Assembly (NCBI GenBank): GCA_017302135.1
Contig: JAFLDZ010000005.1
Coordinates: forward strand, 84,159-148,158
DNA from: Lysobacterales bacterium
GTDB lineage: Bacteria; Pseudomonadota; Gammaproteobacteria; Xanthomonadales; Xanthomonadaceae
DNA length: 64,000 bases
Direction of reading: 5' to 3'
In this document: piece after piece, positions 55,339-64,000 of the stretch
Numbering within the stretch: position 1 is the first letter of the stretch
Layout: the number at the start of each line of letters is the position of its first letter
Notes under the pieces: generated by a model
Told to the model about the DNA's origin: nothing
What the model saw: the letters and a program-made list of their open reading frames with translations, nothing else
The model's database searches: none
Made by a program: the position numbers and the translations under genes

Positions 55339-55457
55339 GTGGAACCCCAGATAAGACTTCGATCAGTGTAGTCGCCCGGACCCCGGCCCGGAAGCGGGGC
55401 GATGTGATTTGTTGATGTGGTGCACAACCCGTTCGCCGCGCCGGCACAGGCCTTGGC

Positions 55458-56453
55458 TCACTCCACGCGCACCAGCGTCCGTCCGAACGAACCGCCGGCC
55501 AGCATCCCCGCGAACACCTCCGGCAGCCCTTGCAGCTCGATCTCCCGGGTGCAGATCGTTTCGAGATGGGCCGGTTTCCATTCCGAAGCCAGCCGCTTCC
55601 AGACTTCATCACGCAAATCACGGGCGGTTCCGGCCGAGGCGACCCCGATCAGCGACACGCCGCGGATGATGAAAGGCATGACCGTGGTCGGGAGGTCGCC
55701 CGACGCGGCCAGGCCGGCGCTGGCGACATTGCCGTAAGGGCGGGTGCGGGCGAGCAGGCTGGCCAGCATCGGCCCGCCGACGTTGTCCAGACCGCCCCCG
55801 AAACGTGCGGCTTCCAGCGGCTTGGCTTCGCCGAGCACGTCGCGACCGAGTACCTGGGCGGCGCCGAGCGACTTCAGGTAATCGGCGTGTTCGGGCTTGC
55901 CGCTGATCGCATGCACCTCGTAGCCGGCGCGACTGAAGATATCCACCGCCAGCGAGCCCACGCCGCCGGTGGCGCCGGTCACCGCCAGCGGCCCCTGGGC
56001 CGGCGTCTGCCGGTTGTCCTGCATCCGCAGCAGCGCCAGCGCCGCCGTAAAACCTGCAGTGCCGAGGATCATGCTTTCGCGCAGGCTCAGGCCGGCGGGC
56101 AAGGGGATCGCCCATTTCGCTTCGATCCGCGCGAATTGCCCATAGCCACCATCGCGGACTTCGCTGAGCCCCGAGCCGGTGACCAGCACCGCGTCGCCTT
56201 CCTTGAACTTCGGGTCGGTGGACGACACCACGTGGCCGGCGACATCGATGCCGCCGACCAGCGGAAAGAACCGCAGGATCTTGCCCTCTCCGGTGCCGGC
56301 CAGCGCGTCCTTGTAGTTGACCGACGAGTAGGCGGTCTTGATCACGATCTCGCCGGGCGCGAGGTCATCGATCGATACATCCTCGATACCGCTGCGGTAG
56401 CCGGCGCTGTCGCTGCGGATGCGGAAGGCCTGGAAGGTCGCGGGCATGCTCAT
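55458..56453 (-). CDS. YhdH/AcuI-like NADPH:quinone / acrylyl-CoA reductase (MDR superfamily)
   Basis: Track ORF 55458..56594 trimmed to MSMPATFQAFR (ATG 56453): SSVNYKDALA, GGIDVAGHVV, VTGATGGVGSLAV. Confidence 0.85.
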   Translation of the reverse strand: MSMPATFQAFRIRSDSAGYRSGIEDVSIDDLAPGEIVIKTAYSSVNYKDALAGTGEGKILRFFPLVGGIDVAGHVVSSTDPKFKEGDAVLVTGSGLSEVRDGGYGQFARIEAKWAIPLPAGLSLRESMILGTAGFTAALALLRMQDNRQTPAQGPLAVTGATGGVGSLAVDIFSRAGYEVHAISGKPEHADYLKSLGAAQVLGRDVLGEAKPLEAARFGGGLDNVGGPMLASLLARTRPYGNVASAGLAASGDLPTTVMPFIIRGVSLIGVASAGTARDLRDEVWKRLASEWKPAHLETICTREIELQGLPEVFAGMLAGGSFGRTLVRVE

Positions 56454-56481
56454 GGTGTGTCTCGTGCGAACGAAATCCAGA

Positions 56482-57075
56482 TTACCGCAACTCCCGCCGC
56501 TTCTTCTCGTCCAGCCACTTGTCGGCCTGCGCGGGCGTGTAGTCGCGCATCCATGCGAACAGCGTGTCGATGTCTTCGCCGTGCCACAGATCAAGACGCT
56601 GTTCGGCGTGCAGGAAGCGCTCTTCGACCATGCGGTCGATCATGCCCATCAGCGGCGCGTAGAAGCCGTCGACATCGAGAAAGGCGCAGGGCTTCTTGCC
56701 GAGGCCGAGCTGGCGCCAGGTCAGCATTTCGAACATCTCGTCTAGGGTGCCGAAACCGCCGGGCAGGGCGACGAAGGCGTCGGAGAGGTCGAACATCCGC
56801 GCCTTGCGTTCGTGCATATTGGCGACCACTTCCAGCCGGGTCACGCCCTTGTGCGCGACTTCCCACTGCACGAGCTGTTCCGGGATCACCCCGACTACTT
56901 CGCCGCCCTTGGCGAGCACGGCATCGGCGACGATGCCCATCAGCCCGACGTTGCCGCCGCCGTAGACAAGCTGCAGGCCTTCGGACGCGATGCGTGCGCC
57001 CAGCGCTTGCGCGCGTTCGGCGTAGACGGGTTTGTTGCCGGCGTTGGAGCCGCAGTAGACGCAGATCGATTTCAT
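56482..57075 (-). CDS. LOG family protein (TIGR00730; cytokinin riboside 5'-monophosphate phosphoribohydrolase-like)
   Basis: Track ORF 56482..57225 trimmed to MKSICVYCGSNAG (ATG 57075). Motifs VYGGGNVGLMG and PGGFGTLDE. Confidence 0.9.
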   Translation of the reverse strand: MKSICVYCGSNAGNKPVYAERAQALGARIASEGLQLVYGGGNVGLMGIVADAVLAKGGEVVGVIPEQLVQWEVAHKGVTRLEVVANMHERKARMFDLSDAFVALPGGFGTLDEMFEMLTWRQLGLGKKPCAFLDVDGFYAPLMGMIDRMVEERFLHAEQRLDLWHGEDIDTLFAWMRDYTPAQADKWLDEKKRRELR

Positions 57076-57090
57076 CGAGGATTCCAGGGA

Positions 57091-57131
57091 AATTCCAGAA
57101 AGCAGAACGGCGCACCGGAGTGCGCCGTTCT
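57091..57131 (-). terminator. Rho-independent terminator after lpdA
   Basis: Perfect 12-bp stem agaacggcgcac-cgga-gtgcgccgttct (57104-57131). On the minus-strand transcript it is followed by GCUUUCUGG. Confidence 0.6.
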
Positions 57132-57145
57132 CGAAAGGCAGCCGG

Positions 57146-58666
<1,521 letters not shown>

Positions 58667-59872
58667 TTACATGCCCAGCAGCATGCGGTGCGGGTTTTCC
58701 AGCTGGTTCTTGATGTCGACCAGGAACAGCACCGCGTCCTTGCCGTCGATGATGCGGTGGTCGTAGCTGATCGCGATGTACATCATCGGCGCGGCGACCA
58801 CCACGCCGTTCTCGACGATGGCGCGCTCCTTGATGGCGTGCATGCCGAGGATCGCGGACTGCGGCGGATTGACGATCGGCGTGGACATCAGCGAACCGAA
58901 GGTGCCGCCGTTGGTGATGGTGAAGGTGCCGCCCTGCAGGTCTTCGAGTTTCAGTCCGCCTTCGCGCGCGGCCTTGGCATAACCGGCGATGGCGCCTTCG
59001 ATCTCGGCGAAGCCCATGCGTTCGACGTTGCGCAGCACCGGCGTGACCAGGCCTTTCTCGGTGGCGACCGCGATGCTGATGTCGGCATAGCCGTGATAGA
59101 TCACATCGTTGCCGTCGACCGAAGCGTTGACGATGGGATGGCGCTGCAGCGCATTCGCGGCGGCCTTGGCGAAGAAGCTCATGAAGCCGAGCTTGATGCC
59201 GTTGGCCTTCTCGAACTGTTCGCCCAGCTCCTTGCGCATCTGCATGACCTTCGCGAGGTTCACTTCGTTGAACGAGGTGAGCATGGCGATGGAGTTCTTC
59301 GACTGCATCAGGCGTTCGGCGATGCGGGTGCGCATGCGCGTCATCGGCACGCGTTCTTCCGGACGTGCGCCGCCGCCAACGCCTGCAGTCTTGCCGCTGG
59401 CGTAGTTGACGATGTCTTCTTTCGTGACCGCGCCGCGACGGCCGGTACCGGCCACGTCGGCGGGATTCACGCCGCTGGTGGCGGCGGTGAAGCGCGCGCC
59501 CGGCGGCAGCTCGGTCGCTCCTGCGACCGGAGACGGTGTGGTGCTGGCCGGCGCGGCGGTGTTGGCTTTCGCCGCTTCCGCCTTCGGCTGGACTTCCTGC
59601 GCGCCTGCGGCGGGAGGCGTTGCAGCAGCTGCGGCGCCTTCCTCGATCACCGCGATGACCTGCTGGCTGAGCACGGTCGCGCCTTCGGCGAACTTCAGTT
59701 CCTTGATCACGCCATCGACGGTCGAAGGCACTTCCAGCACGACCTTGTCGGTTTCGAGGTCGACGATGTTCTCGTCGCGCTTGACCGCATCGCCGGCCTT
59801 CTTGTGCCAGGTGGCGATGACGGCGTCGGAAACGGATTCGGGAAGAACGGGGACCTTGATTTCGATGGCCAT
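58667..59872 (-). CDS. sucB: 2-oxoglutarate dehydrogenase E2, dihydrolipoyllysine-residue succinyltransferase
   Basis: C-terminal 401 aa of track ORF 58667..60661, starting [17 protein letters not shown]. Lipoyl-lysine motif ETDKVVLEV; catalytic SYDHRIIDG. Confidence 0.97.
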   Translation of the reverse strand: MAIEIKVPVLPESVSDAVIATWHKKAGDAVKRDENIVDLETDKVVLEVPSTVDGVIKELKFAEGATVLSQQVIAVIEEGAAAAATPPAAGAQEVQPKAEAAKANTAAPASTTPSPVAGATELPPGARFTAATSGVNPADVAGTGRRGAVTKEDIVNYASGKTAGVGGGARPEERVPMTRMRTRIAERLMQSKNSIAMLTSFNEVNLAKVMQMRKELGEQFEKANGIKLGFMSFFAKAAANALQRHPIVNASVDGNDVIYHGYADISIAVATEKGLVTPVLRNVERMGFAEIEGAIAGYAKAAREGGLKLEDLQGGTFTITNGGTFGSLMSTPIVNPPQSAILGMHAIKERAIVENGVVVAAPMMYIAISYDHRIIDGKDAVLFLVDIKNQLENPHRMLLGM

Positions 59873-59958
59873 GATTGGCGTCCTGACAGCGTGGATTTCA
59901 ATGGGTGAGTAAATATGAGTCATAGCCGGCGCAGGGATGCATGCGCCGGTGGCAAGCG

Positions 59959-62790
59959 TCATTCGTCGGCGTGCTCGCCGTTGAGTGGGTTGATCAGCGC
60001 ATCCGCGATCAGCTTCAGCTGCTCTTCGACGTGGTCGTTGAAATGACCGGCGGCGGGCGAGGGCGAACGGCTGCGGCCGGTGTAGCTGAGCTGCTGCTTG
60101 TCCTGCAGGCAGGCGAGCAGGTGGTGCTGGATCTGGTACCACGCGCCCTGGTTCTGCGGTTCTTCCTGGCACCACACCACCTGGGTCGCTTTTGCGTAAC
60201 GCTTGAGCTGGGCAGTGAGTTCGGCGCGCGGGAACGGATACAGCTGTTCGATGCGCACGATCGCCACGTCGGTCTGCCCGCGCTTCTGCGCGTCTTCCAG
60301 CAGGTCGTAATAGACCTTGCCGCCGCAGACCACGACGCGCTTGACCGACTTCGGATCGGCGCCGGCATCGGGGATCAGGTGCTGGAACCCGCCGTTCGCC
60401 AGTTCGTCCAGCGTCGACACCGCCAGCTTGTGGCGCAGCAGCGACTTCGGTGTCATCACCACCAGCGGTTTGCGCGTCTTCATGCGCATCTGCCGGCGGA
60501 TCATGTGATACGCCTGCGCCGGTGTGGTCGGGGTGCAGACGATCATGTTCTGCAGCGCGCACAGTTGCAGGAAGCGCTCCAGACGCGCCGAGCTGTGCTC
60601 GGGCCCTTGGCCTTCGTAGCCGTGCGGCAGGAACAGCGCGAGGCCGCAGATCCGGCCCCACTTCGCTTCGCCCGAGGACAGGAACTGGTCGATCACCACC
60701 TGGGCGCCGTTGGCGAAATCGCCGAACTGGGCTTCCCAGATGTCGAGGGTCATGGGATCGGCGGTGGCGTAGCCGTATTCGAACGCCATCACCGCTTCCT
60801 CGCTGAGCAGCGAATCGATGATGGTCGCGTCTTCCGGATTCTTCACCAGTTGCCGCAGCGGCATGTGGTCGACGTCGGTTTTCTGGTCGTGCAGGATCGC
60901 GTGGCGGTGGAAGAACGTGCCGCGACCGCAGTCCTGGCCGACCAGACGCAGCTTGTAGCCTTCGTCGAGCAGCGTGGCGTAGGCGAGATTCTCGGCGAAG
61001 CCCCAGTCGCCCGGCAGCTCGCCGGCGCCCATTTTGCGGCGGTCTTCGTAGATCTTGGCGACGCGCGCATGCAGGCTGGCGTCTTCCGGAAGCGTATTGA
61101 TGATCGTCGCCAGCGCATCGAGCTTCGCGCGCGGCACCTTGGTGTCGACCGGATCGGACAGTTTGCCTTCCAGCAGCGGGCGCCAGTCGATCGCGTAAGC
61201 ATCGGGATTCGCCGGTGCCAGCTCGGTGGTGACCACGCCGGCATCGAGCTTGTCGCGATGACCGTCGACCAGCGCCTTCGCGTCGTCGGCAGAAAGCGTG
61301 CCCTTGGCGGCGAGACGTTCCGCGTACAGCTCGCGCGTGGTCTTGCGCTTGCGGATGTTCTGGTACATCAGCGGCTGGGTCGCTGCCGGTTCGTCGGCTT
61401 CGTTGTGGCCGTGACGGCGATAGCAGACCAGATCGATGACCACGTCCTTGGCGAATTTCTGGCGGAAATCGAAGGCCAGTTCGGCGCAGAACGCGACCGC
61501 TTCCGGATCGTCGCCGTTCACGTGCAGCACCGGCGCGCCGACCATCTTCGCGACATCGGTGCAGTACAGCGTCGACCGGGCGTCCTGACGTTCGCTCGTG
61601 GTGAAGCCGACCTGGTTGTTGATGACGATATGCAGGGTGCCGCCGACCGCGAAACCGCGGGCCTGGGACATCTGGAACAGTTCCATCACCACGCCCTGAC
61701 CGGCGAACGCCGCGTCGCCGTGGATGATGATCGGCACCACTTGTTTACGGGCCTTGTCGCCACGGCGCTCCTGGCGCGAGCGCACGCTGCCGGCGACCAC
61801 CGGGTCGACGATTTCCAGATGCGAGGGGTTGAAGGCGAGGGCCAGATGCACCGGGCCGCCCGGCGTCGCGATATCGGCGCTGAAGCCCATGTGGTATTTG
61901 ACGTCGCCGGCGTGGGCGTGTTCGTCGTGGTCGAACTTGCCCTCGAATTCGTCGAACAGTTTGCGCGGCGGCTTGCCGAGCGTATTGATCAGCACGTTGA
62001 GGCGGCCGCGATGGGCCATGCCCAGCACCACGTCTTTCACACCGTCGCTGCCGGCGCGGCGGATCGTCACGTCGAGCAGCGGAATGAGCGAATCGCCGCC
62101 TTCCAGCGAGAAGCGCTTCTGGCCGACGTATTTGGTATGCAGGTAGCGTTCGAGGCCCTCGGCGGCGGTAAGGCGTTCGAGGATGCGGCGCTTGTCGTCG
62201 TCGGTGCGCTTGAAGTCGCCGCCGGCGGCTTCGAGGCGTTCGTACACCCAGCGACGCTGTTCGACGTCGGTGATGTGCATGAATTCGGCGCCGATGCTGC
62301 CGGTGTAGGTCGCCTTGAGCAGCGAGACCAGATCGCGCAGCTTCATCTGCGCCTGACCGCCGGCGCCGCCGCTGGAGAAGGTGGTGTCGAGATCGTTGCT
62401 GGACAGGCCGTGGAAGCCGATGTCCAGATCCGGGGCTTCGCTCTTTTCCCACATGCCCAGCGGGTCGAGTTCGGCGGCGAGATGGCCGCGCGAGCGGTAG
62501 GCGACGATCAGTTTGCTGACCGCGAATTCGCGGCTGTCGCTGACGGCATTGCCGCTGGCGGCCACGACAACGCCGCGCGCGGCCTGGCGACCGGCTTCGG
62601 CGATCGCGGCGATGACCGCAGAGTGCGGCACATCGGCGCCGTCGCGGCCCTTGATCCCGTCGAAATAGGTTTTCCACTTCGGCCCGACGCTGTCGGGGGC
62701 GACCAGATACTGTTCGTAGAGGTCCTCGATGTAGGCGGCGTTGGCGCCGAGCTGGGAGGACTGGGCAAACTGCTTCAGGAGACTGTCCAC
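59959..62790 (-). CDS. sucA: 2-oxoglutarate dehydrogenase E1 component
   Basis: Track ORF 59959..62967 trimmed to the GTG at 62790, giving (M)[28 protein letters not shown]. This aligns with the E. coli SucA N-terminus (SYLSGANQSWIEQLYEDFL). ThDP-dependent E1 domains follow. Confidence 0.93.
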   Translation of the reverse strand: MDSLLKQFAQSSQLGANAAYIEDLYEQYLVAPDSVGPKWKTYFDGIKGRDGADVPHSAVIAAIAEAGRQAARGVVVAASGNAVSDSREFAVSKLIVAYRSRGHLAAELDPLGMWEKSEAPDLDIGFHGLSSNDLDTTFSSGGAGGQAQMKLRDLVSLLKATYTGSIGAEFMHITDVEQRRWVYERLEAAGGDFKRTDDDKRRILERLTAAEGLERYLHTKYVGQKRFSLEGGDSLIPLLDVTIRRAGSDGVKDVVLGMAHRGRLNVLINTLGKPPRKLFDEFEGKFDHDEHAHAGDVKYHMGFSADIATPGGPVHLALAFNPSHLEIVDPVVAGSVRSRQERRGDKARKQVVPIIIHGDAAFAGQGVVMELFQMSQARGFAVGGTLHIVINNQVGFTTSERQDARSTLYCTDVAKMVGAPVLHVNGDDPEAVAFCAELAFDFRQKFAKDVVIDLVCYRRHGHNEADEPAATQPLMYQNIRKRKTTRELYAERLAAKGTLSADDAKALVDGHRDKLDAGVVTTELAPANPDAYAIDWRPLLEGKLSDPVDTKVPRAKLDALATIINTLPEDASLHARVAKIYEDRRKMGAGELPGDWGFAENLAYATLLDEGYKLRLVGQDCGRGTFFHRHAILHDQKTDVDHMPLRQLVKNPEDATIIDSLLSEEAVMAFEYGYATADPMTLDIWEAQFGDFANGAQVVIDQFLSSGEAKWGRICGLALFLPHGYEGQGPEHSSARLERFLQLCALQNMIVCTPTTPAQAYHMIRRQMRMKTRKPLVVMTPKSLLRHKLAVSTLDELANGGFQHLIPDAGADPKSVKRVVVCGGKVYYDLLEDAQKRGQTDVAIVRIEQLYPFPRAELTAQLKRYAKATQVVWCQEEPQNQGAWYQIQHHLLACLQDKQQLSYTGRSRSPSPAAGHFNDHVEEQLKLIADALINPLNGEHADE

Positions 62791-63078
62791 TCTGGGATCA
62801 CACTCGGAATGTCGGGAAGCGCGGAGGAGAATACGGTAACCGCTTGATCCGCCGGGAAATCCAAGGGCGGCAAGGCAGGCGGGCGAAAGGACCGGAATTA
62901 TACCCGGAGGCTTCGCCGCAGCGCACCACTCGGCGGCGCCGGACACCGCTCTCGCGGCTTCGACCATCGTCGTAACCGGATAGTCCGACAGACGCGTCTG
63001 GCGATACTTGCCATCCGTGTTCTCGCGATCGGGGCCACCCTGTTACGTTTGCCGACGAAAACCACAGGGGGCTGTCGG

Positions 63079-63999
63079 ATGTCGAATCTGTTGCGGATCG
63101 GTGCGATCGGGTCGGTGCTGGCGCTGGCCGGTTGCGGTGGCGGAGCGGGTGATGCAAACCGGGCGGACAAGGTCGCACTGCAGGTGGATCAGGTCGGCTG
63201 TCCCGACCTCAGCGGCGCGTATGCGTTCAATATGCCCGGCGAGCGCGGCGTCTCCTACCGGGGTTCGATGTTGCTGGAATTTCCCGTCGAGGACGGCAAC
63301 CGCGTGCCGGCGGCGCAGATTTCCGGCCTGATCGTGCAGCGCAAGGCGCACGGTCTCTACGATTGGCGTTTCCTGATCGACGAAGCGCGGGTGATGCAGC
63401 AGCTCGAGGTGATCCGCGAGTTCGACAAGCCGCGCTATCGCGAGTGGTATCACCTGCTGAATGACCCCGGGCGTGCGGCCTATGTCGCGCGAAACGGCAA
63501 GGCCGCTCATGCCAGACGCGTGGCCGAGCTTGGGCCGCGCAGCGAGATCGTGCGGACGCTGCGTGCGGGTAGCGAGATGGTGTGTCGGGACGGTTGGCTG
63601 GAGCTGCCGCGCGAGTACGCCGGCCCGATCCGGCTCACGCGCGGCGAAGATGGATCGATCATCGGCGAGTCGCACGAGATCAGCACCGTCGGCGTCACGG
63701 TCTGGTGTGGCGATGGCTGCAGGGACCTGCCCATTCCCACCGGCAAATTTACCGGCAGACTGCAATGGCCGCGCAGCCATGGCCTGCAGGCATGGAAACC
63801 CGACGACATGCGCGGGCGGTATGTCTTCCAGCGGCCGATCGACGAGATCGAAGCGGAGACTGCGGCCCTGAAGGCGGGCCAGGCGCGGTCCGACGCGTTG
63901 CGCTATGCCTCGGCCGGGACGATCCGTACCCGGATCGAAGCGCTGGCGCCGGCCGGGACGGTGGTGGACGAAGTGGCGGTGCGCGATGGCAAGGTCCAC
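63079..63999 (+). CDS. Hypothetical lipoprotein, N-terminal 307 codons; runs off the window end
   Basis: Absent from the track because there is no stop. My translation from ATG 63079 (AGGGGG 8 nt upstream) gives MSNLLRIGAIGSVLALAGCGGGAGDANRADKVALQVDQVGCPDLSGAYAFNMPGERG... It is open to nt 63999 with G/C-rich third positions and an LALAGC lipobox. I recognise no family. Confidence 0.7.
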   Translation, partial: MSNLLRIGAIGSVLALAGCGGGAGDANRADKVALQVDQVGCPDLSGAYAFNMPGERGVSYRGSMLLEFPVEDGNRVPAAQISGLIVQRKAHGLYDWRFLIDEARVMQQLEVIREFDKPRYREWYHLLNDPGRAAYVARNGKAAHARRVAELGPRSEIVRTLRAGSEMVCRDGWLELPREYAGPIRLTRGEDGSIIGESHEISTVGVTVWCGDGCRDLPIPTGKFTGRLQWPRSHGLQAWKPDDMRGRYVFQRPIDEIEAETAALKAGQARSDALRYASAGTIRTRIEALAPAGTVVDEVAVRDGKVH

Positions 64000-64000
64000 G

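Overview
High-GC chromosomal segment. Spot counts of single 60-nt lines give about 77% GC in smc, about 60% in the amidase gene and about 53% in the SMI1 gene. Gene content and synteny look like Xanthomonadales (Lysobacteraceae/Xanthomonadaceae-like). I call about 50 CDS, densely packed, with no rRNA, tRNA, CRISPR, IS element or integrase that I can support.

Gene order, left to right:
- ccmFEDCBA (minus strand)
- two tandem DUF3293 paralogs
- ybdL-yafV (transaminase plus omega-amidase)
- an FAD oxidoreductase translationally coupled to a small membrane protein
- rluB-scpB-scpA
- yciI-bolA
- a lower-GC two-gene module: a signal-less Amidase_2 peptidoglycan hydrolase with an XVIPCD-like N-terminus, plus an overlapping Cys-rich lipoprotein
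- a roughly 15 kb LacI-controlled glucan-utilisation locus built around a TonB-dependent transporter: TBDT, GH144-like lipoprotein, ABC importer, a 1051-aa multidomain six-hairpin enzyme, GH1 beta-glucosidase and a detached ATPase. A 14-bp operator occurs three times in it.
- smc-zipA-ligA-epmA
- a triple-repeat DUF3011 protein
- mtnA, then gyrA (Gln at QRDR position 83)
- alpha-2-macroglobulin plus pbpC
- a tail-anchored SMI1/KNR4 protein behind a peroxiredoxin
- hsp20-cbpA, a lone CheY-like regulator, acuI/yhdH-like, LOG
- sucA-sucB-lpdA (minus strand)
- a partial lipoprotein gene running off the right edge

The best candidate for something undescribed is the amidase/lipoprotein pair at 14836-16132, a possible antibacterial effector-immunity module with inverted domain order. 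Next is the uncharacterised 1051-aa enzyme inside the glucan locus.

All family assignments come from reading the translated ORFs against remembered family motifs. No database search was run. Many long ORFs in the track are high-GC antisense artefacts and were rejected.
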